The notes: a model not told the origin generated them from the sequence alone. A stretch of 39,063 nt of DNA from a virus (IMGVR_UViG_3300029305_011318); one strand, 5' to 3'; counted from the stretch's first letter, positions 20,988-27,639 are shown. Made by a program: numbers and translations.

Positions 20988-21011
20988 TATATGTATAAAA
21001 TTTTGTCAAAA
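20988..21011 (-). promoter_or_regulatory. Copy of recurrent 24-bp promoter-like motif (upstream of leader A and tRNA cluster A)
   Basis: Minus strand TTTTGACAAAATTTTATACATATA. Confidence 0.7.
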
Positions 21012-21259
21012 CTTTTCAAAAAAATAACAAAATTTAAAAAAAATAATAAATTTTATTTATCAATTTCGTATTCTTCATTATTTAAATCAATATTGTGGTT
21101 ATTAATAGAAAAAATTATTTGTTTTTTATTTTTATTAGTTAAAATTTTATCCTCTTATATATTGATTATTTTCCTATATTTTGTAAATCAAAACTTTCAC
21201 AAATAATATCTGTTGCCATATCTTCATCTACAGTATGTAATCCAGGATAATATTGACCT

Positions 21260-21748
21260 TTAATCTAATGAAATATCTTCCATTTCTTGATTTAATTCAA
21301 TTTCAGCTTCTTTTTCATAACACCAAGCTCTCATTAATTGTAATCCTTTTTTGCATAATGCAATTTCATCTGATGTAATATTATGATAATTAGCAGTATC
21401 CGGATACCGAACATTATAATATAAACTTTCTATCTTTTTAACATGGGTGCGTAAATTTTCTGAGGCTTGAATATCAAAACGTCGTTGTAATTCAGAAAAC
21501 ATAGCATGAATATTATGCCCAAATGTTTTATATTGTTTTTGATTAAATGAATTTGTCGTTTTATATGTTAATTTATTAATATCTTGTGGTTCAATATTAT
21601 GCGCCTTACATAAAATATGTTTTGCATATTTTTCAATGGCTTGTTGTGTAATATAACCAATGGCATTAGAGTCATTAAATTTAAGCAATTCAATAACGGT
21701 TTTATAATCATTTTCTGCAGCATGAAGCCAATTTAATTGCGTTTCCAT
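21260..21748 (-). CDS. HEPN-domain protein
   Basis: WLHAAENDY...GYITQQAIEKYAK...GHNI...YYNVRYP, typical of MNT-associated HEPN proteins. Confidence 0.82.
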   Translation of the reverse strand: METQLNWLHAAENDYKTVIELLKFNDSNAIGYITQQAIEKYAKHILCKAHNIEPQDINKLTYKTTNSFNQKQYKTFGHNIHAMFSELQRRFDIQASENLRTHVKKIESLYYNVRYPDTANYHNITSDEIALCKKGLQLMRAWCYEKEAEIELNQEMEDISLD

Positions 21749-21978
21749 AATAATACTACCTCTTCTTCATCATCTTTAAAAGAAAAAGGAGCAAAATGGA
21801 GTGTTTCTGGGTCGTTAAAAATTTGTAAATTTATAATTTGATTCATAATATCCATATGGTCATTGGGAGTATTATTTGTAACATAATAAAACGTATCGGA
21901 ACTTACCGATTCATATACCTCTAATAAATATGTAATATTATTAAATAAATCTATTTTTTTTTGCATAATAATCTCCAT
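21733..21978 (-). CDS. Small acidic hypothetical protein overlapping the HEPN start (possible partner)
   Basis: 16-nt overlap with the HEPN gene; upstream promoter motif; no GSxARG MNT motif. Confidence 0.6.
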   Translation of the reverse strand: MEIIMQKKIDLFNNITYLLEVYESVSSDTFYYVTNNTPNDHMDIMNQIINLQIFNDPETLHFAPFSFKDDEEEVVLLWKRN

Positions 21979-21997
21979 TTTTATTTCTTTATATTGT

Positions 21998-22021
21998 TAT
22001 ATGTATAAATTTATCTCAAAG
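21998..22021 (-). promoter_or_regulatory. Copy of recurrent 24-bp promoter-like motif
   Basis: Minus strand CTTTGAGATAAATTTATACATATA. Confidence 0.62.
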
Positions 22022-22227
22022 ATACTTGTTTTATTATTCTAAATCAATTATATATTTCATAAACATAAAAAACAAATTATTGAATAAATAAGGGATATAG
22101 AATATATCTATACCCCCAGGTAGCGTCCGAAGAACCGAGTCTGCAGCCTCTACATCTTTTACAAAATTTCCAGCCAAGGTCATGACTCCTTTACCAAAAA
22201 AACGTAAACATGATGAACTACCACACA

Positions 22228-22300
22228 TGGAACATATGAGATTTGAACTCATGACCCCCTACTTGCAAGGCAGGTGCTCTCCCAACTGAGCTAATGCCCC
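22228..22300 (-). tRNA. tRNA-Ala(TGC)
   Basis: GGGGCAT acceptor with G3:U70; CCTGC-CT TGC AA-GTAGG. Confidence 0.92.
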
Positions 22301-22440
22301 AAATTGACTGGCTACCTCTCAAAACCAGTCGGACTTGGACTTCTCACCCGTAGGCTTCACTCTTGCCTTATCGGTTCACATACATCCAATATAACCACAA
22401 TTATTTATAAGTGAATCGTCAAGAGGTTTTTATTATAAAA

Positions 22441-22676
22441 AACAAATAGTAAGTGATTTCCGTTATTGCAAACGCAAGGCACAGTATAGCACCTTATGAA
22501 CAGTCGGTTCTTCGTATTTCAACGAATCCTATTTCACATGCCGGTTTCATCCAGATTTCTTGGCTCTTTTCCGGTCTTATCCTCTTGTTAATAGAGTCCC
22601 CACTTTTCCTTACAGTCTCCTTTTATTTTCGTTTCAGTAAGTGCTACTTGTAGTCAGATAAACCCTTTTGCAACTA
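22441..22676 (-). ncRNA. Candidate structured non-coding RNA, family unknown
   Basis: GC-enriched, with no supported ORF. Nested pairings CAAATAGT/ACTATTTG, TGCAAA/TTTGCA and GTAGCAC/GTGCTAT; internal hairpin TTCGT-TGAAAT-ACGAA. Confidence 0.5.
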
Positions 22677-22685
22677 TTTGTATTT

Positions 22686-23969
22686 TTATTCTTTTAATAA
22701 TTCTTTATATTTTTTAATTTTATGATTTTCATAAGTGTTTTTATAATCCGTTAAATATTGAATTAGGTCTTGTCCTATTAAACGTTTTTGTTGTAATTCT
22801 CGTAAAAATGATTTTTTTTCTTCATACATAGTAAGTAAAAATTCTTTACGATTCAACGTTAACCCTCTACATTGATTAAAGATATTTTGAACTTCTTCTT
22901 TGGTTGGTAATTTATCAATATTAATCAATGAAAAGTTTTTCACATGACTTAAACATTCAAATTCGGTATTATATAAACCATTTACTGTAGTTTCAACTAA
23001 ATTTTCTGGATATTCGCCCTCTTTAGTTTTTGAACTTCCATTATCAAAAATTGGTGCTGGGCTTATAAATTTTAATGTTTCGGAATTTCGTAAAAATCCA
23101 ATATTTCCTTGATGTCTATCTCTATTTGAAATTAAAAAATCCACAATTGTTTGTATATCTAAATAGTTATGCGTTTCTTGTTTGCTTAATCCATAATGAG
23201 ATGCTAATTCAACAATTTTATCCCAGATGTTATCAAGTTGTGTCATGTTATATTCTTCTAATAAATCATACGCAGATACAAATTCTATATTTTCATTAGT
23301 AAAACATTGACATATACAACCTATGATATTATTTGTTTTGTCATATACAAAATCATAATTACAGAAATTATTATATCCTTGTTTACGATAAATTAAAGAC
23401 GCAATAATTTCACGAGCAATTAAAATATCATATTGCATATCAATTTTTTTACAAAGCATAATATCTTGGTCTTTTTTATACCAAAATTTTTCTAATTGTC
23501 CTCCTAATGTAGAATTATGACCTTTATAAATATGATTGTTATCTTTAACAGTATAAAATTCATCAAGCGATTTAAATTTATCTTGAATATCTTTCCATGT
23601 TAAATTCTCTTTTTCTGATTCAATCCAATAACAATCATTAAAAGAATATCCATTGTTTTCTAACAACCATTTACGAGGAGAATAATCTTTTTGAATATAA
23701 GAATCGTAATTGTAACGATTAATTGGAATTTCTCTATCTGATAACCATCCATCAAATAAAATACAGCCATCTTCATTAAGAATAATATAATTATTATCTT
23801 CTGATTTAGATTCTATAAATTCAATATCATACCCTGGTTTTATTAATCGTTTTAATGGCAATGGTAGGGAATCTAAATATTGTGTGTTAATAATACAGGA
23901 GGTAATATCTTTATGTAAAGTTTCAAAAACAGCAAGATTAATATCTTTATGTTTTAATGTATATAACAT
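22686..23969 (-). CDS. HipA-like (HipA_C) Ser/Thr kinase
   Basis: STLGGQLEKFW; AREIIAS; DFLISNRDRHQGNIGF; APIFDNGSS. Confidence 0.85.
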   Translation of the reverse strand: MLYTLKHKDINLAVFETLHKDITSCIINTQYLDSLPLPLKRLIKPGYDIEFIESKSEDNNYIILNEDGCILFDGWLSDREIPINRYNYDSYIQKDYSPRKWLLENNGYSFNDCYWIESEKENLTWKDIQDKFKSLDEFYTVKDNNHIYKGHNSTLGGQLEKFWYKKDQDIMLCKKIDMQYDILIAREIIASLIYRKQGYNNFCNYDFVYDKTNNIIGCICQCFTNENIEFVSAYDLLEEYNMTQLDNIWDKIVELASHYGLSKQETHNYLDIQTIVDFLISNRDRHQGNIGFLRNSETLKFISPAPIFDNGSSKTKEGEYPENLVETTVNGLYNTEFECLSHVKNFSLINIDKLPTKEEVQNIFNQCRGLTLNRKEFLLTMYEEKKSFLRELQQKRLIGQDLIQYLTDYKNTYENHKIKKYKELLKE

Positions 23970-23981
23970 AATATATTCCTC

Positions 23982-24116
23982 CTATTTGGATTGATTTACA
24001 CGAAATTTGTTTATAGCATATTGAATAATATACTGTTTATCTTTTTTTTCGTTTGATTGATGTTGTTTTAATAAACTTGTTAATTTTTCTTTATCAGAAT
24101 TTATTTTCATAATCAT
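23982..24116 (-). CDS. Small ORF (44 aa) MIMKINSDKEKLTSLLKQHQSNEKKDKQYIIQYAINKFRVNQSK immediately upstream of the HipA-like kinase
   Basis: RBS AAAAGGA. Its stop codon overlaps the AGGAGG RBS of the kinase gene. Confidence 0.55.
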   Translation of the reverse strand: MIMKINSDKEKLTSLLKQHQSNEKKDKQYIIQYAINKFRVNQSK

Positions 24117-24181
24117 GTCCTTTTGTAATATAAATTAATATGTATTATACCACAAACAACACTATAAAAATATATTTTGGA

Positions 24182-24222
24182 AAAATTCCCTCTATATTGA
24201 AATATAATATAGGGGGAATTAT
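24182..24222. terminator. Intrinsic terminator
   Basis: AATTCCCTCTATATT/AATATAGGGGGAATT hairpin. Confidence 0.75.
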
Positions 24223-24223
24223 T

Positions 24224-24334
24224 TTACTTGGATTTTGTAGTTTTCTTCAATTTTTCTTTTTCTTTGTCTAATTCGTTCTTCATTTTTTTATGAAGACTAC
24301 CAATTTTTCCAACTGGTTTACAAGAAAGACCCAT
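24224..24334 (-). CDS. Small basic protein (36 aa) MGLSCKPVGKIGSLHKKMKNELDKEKEKLKKTTKSK
   Basis: RBS AAGGAG; own promoter motif upstream and terminator downstream. Confidence 0.65.
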   Translation of the reverse strand: MGLSCKPVGKIGSLHKKMKNELDKEKEKLKKTTKSK

Positions 24335-24382
24335 AATATACCTTCTCCTTTGTAATTTATAATTAAATTGTATTTACATGTA

Positions 24383-24406
24383 TATATGTTTAAAATCTTC
24401 TCAAAA
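24383..24406 (-). promoter_or_regulatory. Copy of recurrent 24-bp promoter-like motif
   Basis: Minus strand TTTTGAGAAGATTTTAAACATATA. Confidence 0.68.
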
Positions 24407-24442
24407 TCTTTAAAAATTTACTAAAATTTTAAAAAATAAAAA

Positions 24443-24519
24443 TGCCTTGTGTTGGAGTCGAACCAACTTCTCTGGATTTTCAGTCCAGTGCATGAAATTA
24501 CCGAATCTGCTTACAAGGC
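24443..24519 (-). tRNA. tRNA-Phe(GAA)
   Basis: CTGGA-CT GAA AA-TCCAG; acceptor GCCTTGT/ACAAGGC. Confidence 0.88.
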
Positions 24520-24566
24520 TAGGTAAAGTCAATGATTTCTTTACCTTTGCTAAATCGTTGTTTCAT
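24519..24566 (-). CDS. Micro-ORF (15 aa) MKQRFSKGKEIIDFT abutting tRNA-Phe
   Basis: RBS AGAAAGGA; CGA-TTT at codons 4-5; the G of the TAG stop is tRNA nucleotide 1. Confidence 0.62.
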   Translation of the reverse strand: MKQRFSKGKEIIDFT

Positions 24567-24603
24567 ATACTATTATCCTTTCTATATTTTTTTGATTACA
24601 TTT

Positions 24604-24885
24604 CTAATATAATATACATTGATTTACTAATTTTTCTACTAATTCTCGGTCAATTGGTCTTACACAGTGTCTACAATGCATCAAATATTGCACCAAGAAA
24701 AGTGCTCGTTCTTCAATTTGAACTTTTTCATATTCTAAAAAATAAACATTGTATTTGTGTAATAGTTTAAAAATATCGCTTCTGACAGGACCAACCTCTG
24801 CATCTTTGTTACCAAGAAACATTTTTGTAATTTCTCGGTTAAATTCCATCCTTTTATTCAGATTGTTCATTATATAAATCCCCAT
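24604..24885 (-). CDS. Hypothetical protein within the tRNA array
   Basis: 93-aa ORF filling the spacer between tRNA-Leu(TAG) and the Phe micro-ORF. Confidence 0.6.
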   Translation of the reverse strand: MGIYIMNNLNKRMEFNREITKMFLGNKDAEVGPVRSDIFKLLHKYNVYFLEYEKVQIEERALFLVQYLMHCRHCVRPIDRELVEKLVNQCILY

Positions 24886-24941
24886 ACCAAATCATTTGTG
24901 CATATTTGTTTTCTTTTCTATATATAAGTTTTTATATCAAA

Positions 24942-25023
24942 TACGGGTAATGGGAGTCGAACCCATAAGTAATTAAACCACTATATCCTAAGTATAGCCT
25001 CTGTTCCATTCGAGTACACCCGC
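24942..25023 (-). tRNA. tRNA-Leu(TAG)
   Basis: CTATA-CT TAG GA-TATAG; long variable arm; A73. Confidence 0.87.
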
Positions 25024-25029
25024 TTAAAG

Positions 25030-25093
25030 TACCCGAAGTTGGATTTAAACTAATAATATTATGATTTTAAATCATACATGTATTATTCGGGTA
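25030..25093 (-). pseudogene. Degenerate tRNA-like element lacking a D-arm (TAA anticodon-like loop)
   Basis: TACCCGAA/TTCGGGTA closing stem; TATGA-TTTAAAA-TCATA hairpin; degraded T-loop TTTAAAT. Confidence 0.5.
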
Positions 25094-25096
25094 TAG

Positions 25097-25179
25097 TACA
25101 CCCGATGAGATTCGAACTCACATGAGCAAGCTCCTTAGATTTTAAGTCTAATGCGTATACCAAGTTCCGCCACGGGTGC
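25097..25179 (-). tRNA. tRNA-Leu(TAA)
   Basis: TTAGA-CT TAA AA-TCTAA; Leu-type D-loop; long variable arm. Confidence 0.9.
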
Positions 25180-25185
25180 ATAATA

Positions 25186-25227
25186 TTATGTTTTGGTTAA
25201 TAAAGATAATAATTGGAGTCGCAACAT
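25186..25227 (-). CDS. Micro-ORF (13 aa) MLRLQLLSLLTKT upstream of the tRNA-Leu genes
   Basis: RBS AGAAAGGA; codons TTG CGA CTC CAA TTA TTA TCT TTA TTA; stop 6 nt before tRNA-Leu(TAA). Confidence 0.7.
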   Translation of the reverse strand: MLRLQLLSLLTKT

Positions 25228-25257
25228 ATTATGTTCCTTTCTATAATAAAAGTTGAG

Positions 25258-25328
25258 TTGCTATAACCAGGTTCGAACTGATTACACTATCCTTATGAGG
25301 GACAGCCGCTTCCACTAGCGTTATAGCA
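25258..25328 (-). tRNA. tRNA-Met/Ile2 (CAT)
   Basis: Loop CT-CAT-AA; acceptor TGCTATA/TATAGCA. Met versus Ile2 cannot be resolved by eye. Confidence 0.75.
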
Positions 25329-25337
25329 ATATGAATA

Positions 25338-25409
25338 AGCACATGAAGGGAGTTGAACCCTCGCTTCTTGCTTGGAAGGCAAGCGTCATAGCCGTTAGAC
25401 CACATATGC
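25338..25409 (-). tRNA. tRNA-Gly(TCC)
   Basis: CTTGC-CT TCC AA-GCAAG; U73. Confidence 0.9.
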
Positions 25410-25525
25410 ATATATTAGGCTAATAAGAAAATCAGTCTTTTCCACTCATAATATAGACTATTCGCTTCTTTTTTCTATGATTAAACTCTGTTGTTCTATT
25501 CATAAATTCTCTTTGATATTTTAAC

Positions 25526-25597
25526 TAGGAAGGGAGGGAATCGAACCCTCGACAACCCGCTTATAAGACGTGCTTTCTGCCACTGAATTACCTTCCC
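25526..25597 (-). tRNA. tRNA-Ile(TAT)
   Basis: Loop CT-TAT-AA; acceptor GGGAAGG/CCTTCCT; T-arm GAGGG-TTCGATT-CCCTC. Confidence 0.82.
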
Positions 25598-25638
25598 GTA
25601 TTTTTGTAAATATGGTTCGGTATTCGTATTCGTTTCAT
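25588..25638 (-). CDS. Micro-ORF (16 aa) MKRIRIPNHIYKNTGR running into tRNA-Ile(TAT)
   Basis: RBS AGAAAGG; codons AAA CGA ATA CGA ATA; the last 10 nt overlap the tRNA 5' end. Confidence 0.68.
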   Translation of the reverse strand: MKRIRIPNHIYKNTGR

Positions 25639-25671
25639 AAATATTATTACCTTTCTTATTTATAATAGAAA

Positions 25672-25745
25672 TAGCGGGAGTAGGATTCGAACCTACGTAT
25701 CCAAGGTTATGAGCCTTGTGAGCATCCTCTACTCGTCATCCCGCA
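25672..25745 (-). tRNA. tRNA-Met(CAT), initiator-like
   Basis: GG-CTCATAA-CC anticodon arm; mismatched 1:72 pair; only two G-C pairs at the stem base. Confidence 0.78.
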
Positions 25746-25750
25746 TATAG

Positions 25751-25823
25751 TGACTCCTGCCGGACTTGAACCGAGCATTACATCCTTGAAAGGGATGTGT
25801 CCTAACCTCTAGACCAAGGAGCC
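25751..25823 (-). tRNA. tRNA-Glu(TTC)
   Basis: CATCC-CT TTC AA-GGATG. Confidence 0.88.
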
Positions 25824-25969
25824 AAATAATAAATTGACTAAGGTTGGTTTTAACAGTTCCAACAACTTTGTACTTTTTATACTGCACCACGCAGTTTGTG
25901 TAGTCCCTCACAATTCTTATTATTCTAATAAGCAACTATCTTAAACATGTGCACATCCATTTTAGAAAG

Positions 25970-26043
25970 AGCCGATAGAGGGACTTGAACCCCCAACAAT
26001 CTGCTTACAAGGCAGTCGCTCTACCAATTGGAGCTATATCGGC
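25970..26043 (-). tRNA. tRNA-Thr(TGT)
   Basis: Loop CT-TGT-AA; acceptor GCCGATA/TATCGGC. Confidence 0.9.
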
Positions 26044-26075
26044 AAATAACTGATTCGTTACATTTTGGTTATTTA

Positions 26076-26789
26076 TTACCCCATTGCTCTACGACACACT
26101 CTTTTTTCAAGTAATGGCGTATCGATTTCAAAATAACCATTAATTATACGGTCATATTGAAACCATTGTGTTTCAGATGGAATAGGTTTAGAAATACCTT
26201 CTTCAAATGCTTCAATACATGCATATTGATAACATGTTTCATTTAAATCTGTTAAATTAAAATGTAATGCTTCAATGGCATTCAATTTATCGGTATAAAA
26301 TCCCCATACTCTACTTGCTCCATGATTATTAAATCCAGCAGGTCGTCTTTCGATTTCACCATTTTCATTTTGTTTTTCATATATAACTTCTTCTAATGTT
26401 TCGCACACATAAATGGTATAAATTTTGTGTGTATTTGTTTTTTGTGTGTTTAATCGAATAAAAGCAAGAATTTTATCCGATGGTAAATCGAATTCACATA
26501 TGTAATGAAAATTAATCGTATCTTTTAAAGATTTCCCATTTGTAGATAATATATCTTGATAATTCGTTGGGTTTTTTTTGTACGAAACTATATCTACAAT
26601 TGTACCTAATGTTAAATTGTCCATAGATTTTTCTTTATCTTCGATAATAACAGTGGAGGCTACAATTTGTCTTATATCATGCCATAAACCATGTACTTTA
26701 TATTGTGGATGATTTGTAGTAATTGTAATCTGTGGCATAAAATATTTTTGGATGTCTTTTTGAGATAACATATAAATTGCCTCCATCAA
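26076..26789 (-). CDS. Hypothetical protein within the tRNA array
   Basis: 237-aa ORF. A GGAGG RBS suggests the real start is the internal MLSQK. Confidence 0.75.
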   Translation of the reverse strand: MMEAIYMLSQKDIQKYFMPQITITTNHPQYKVHGLWHDIRQIVASTVIIEDKEKSMDNLTLGTIVDIVSYKKNPTNYQDILSTNGKSLKDTINFHYICEFDLPSDKILAFIRLNTQKTNTHKIYTIYVCETLEEVIYEKQNENGEIERRPAGFNNHGASRVWGFYTDKLNAIEALHFNLTDLNETCYQYACIEAFEEGISKPIPSETQWFQYDRIINGYFEIDTPLLEKRVCRRAMG

Positions 26790-26814
26790 AAATAATAAAA
26801 TCGTTTTGGATTAA

Positions 26815-26900
26815 GGGTGAAAGATGAGACTTGAACTCACAAGGGCATTTACCCGCCGGAACCACAATCCGGTGCGTTTACCAATTCCGCCACTAACACC
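26815..26900 (-). tRNA. tRNA-His(GTG) with a long variable arm
   Basis: CCGGA-TT GTG GT-TCCGG; G-1:C73; Leu-like D-loop; extra arm CGGG-TAAATG-CCC. Confidence 0.82.
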
Positions 26901-27065
26901 ATATGTAAGGGTGACACTAAGCATATGACTACAACCGAATCATCTACAGTCATAATCAATCTTCTCCGAGGTTTTACCCCTTACTATTTTATCAAGGCAC
27001 AACTTGATAAACCTTAGACATAAGTTTTTTGTATAGAAATCTTGTACTACTCTATACATGCTTCG

Positions 27066-27139
27066 TTGGAATAGTGGGATTCGAACCCACACATTCTCCC
27101 ATCCAACGGGAGTTGGCTACCAATTACCTCTATATTCCA
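27066..27139 (-). tRNA. tRNA-Pro(TGG)
   Basis: CTCCC-GT TGG AT-GGGAG; T-arm GTGGG-TTCGAAT-CCCAC. Confidence 0.82.
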
Positions 27140-27235
27140 TTAACATTATCAGTTAATACTTTTAATTCAGATGTCTTATATGGTAATCCATATTTTTTAC
27201 ACCATTTTCTATCATTACACCACATTCTCGCTATA

Positions 27236-27487
27236 TTATGCAGAAATGTATTCTGTTTCATAATCTTTCATATCTGCAGATACGATTTCTTTGTCTTTCA
27301 TTTCTGCAATAGTTGGTAAATTATAATGCTTACCATATTTACATAATTTGCAGCTACAATGAATTTTATTTTTTGAATATTGTCCATCATGTTCATACCA
27401 ATTATCTCTATAAATAGCATGACAAATGGCTTTTTTACGCATGATGTGTTTATTTCGTAAACGTCTTCGTTCTGCTCTATAATGCAT
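27236..27487 (-). CDS. Small basic Cys/His-containing hypothetical protein
   Basis: RBS AGGAGA; HCSCKLC motif. Confidence 0.72.
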   Translation of the reverse strand: MHYRAERRRLRNKHIMRKKAICHAIYRDNWYEHDGQYSKNKIHCSCKLCKYGKHYNLPTIAEMKDKEIVSADMKDYETEYISA

Positions 27488-27516
27488 AAGGTATCTCCTA
27501 TAATGGTGTTTTATAA

Positions 27517-27597
27517 TGCGTCTGACAGGATTCGAACCTGCGATGGATTGCTCCCACGGATTAAAAGTCCGGTGCCCTACCTCTAGGCGACAGACGC
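27517..27597 (-). tRNA. tRNA-Lys(TTT) with an enlarged variable region
   Basis: Loop CT-TTT-AA; acceptor GCGTCTG/CAGACGC; extra hairpin GGA-GCAA-TCC. Confidence 0.85.
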
Positions 27598-27639
27598 TTA
27601 TGGTTTTCGTACTTTTGATTTACGTTTTCGTTTCTTCAT
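27598..27639 (-). CDS. Micro-ORF (13 aa) MKKRKRKSKVRKP abutting tRNA-Lys(TTT)
   Basis: RBS AGAAAGGA; codons AAG AAA CGA AAA CGT AAA TCA AAA GTA CGA AAA; the TAA directly precedes tRNA nucleotide 1. Confidence 0.72.
   Translation of the reverse strand: MKKRKRKSKVRKP

Noticed and set aside
22034-22653. Track ORFs 22034-22252 and 22453-22653
   Set aside because: They overlap tRNA-Ala or the structured non-coding regions and have no properly spaced RBS.
22441-22676. RNase P, FMN riboswitch, tmRNA or group I/II intron identity for the structured RNA
   Set aside because: Only fragments resemble these families (ACGGAA..CTTA; GATTCG-TGAAAT..CCGAC). The conserved cores (GAGGAAAGTCC, AGGGC..AGTCTGGATG, tRNA-like tmRNA ends, intron P/Q/R/S or domain V) are missing.
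25432-25503. 23-aa ORF MNRTTEFNHRKKKRIVYIMSGKD before tRNA-Gly/Met
   Set aside because: The RBS is weak, it has only one GGA and one internal ATG, and its CGA-ATA matches the upstream rather than the downstream tRNA. It is not counted as a sensor but is worth rechecking in homologs.
27140-27226. Short ORF MWCNDRKWCKKYGLPYK... before tRNA-Pro
   Set aside because: No convincing RBS and only one Pro codon.
24447-27319. Track ORFs 24447-24770, 25729-25935 and 27029-27319
   Set aside because: They overlap tRNA genes and are better explained as chance frames.
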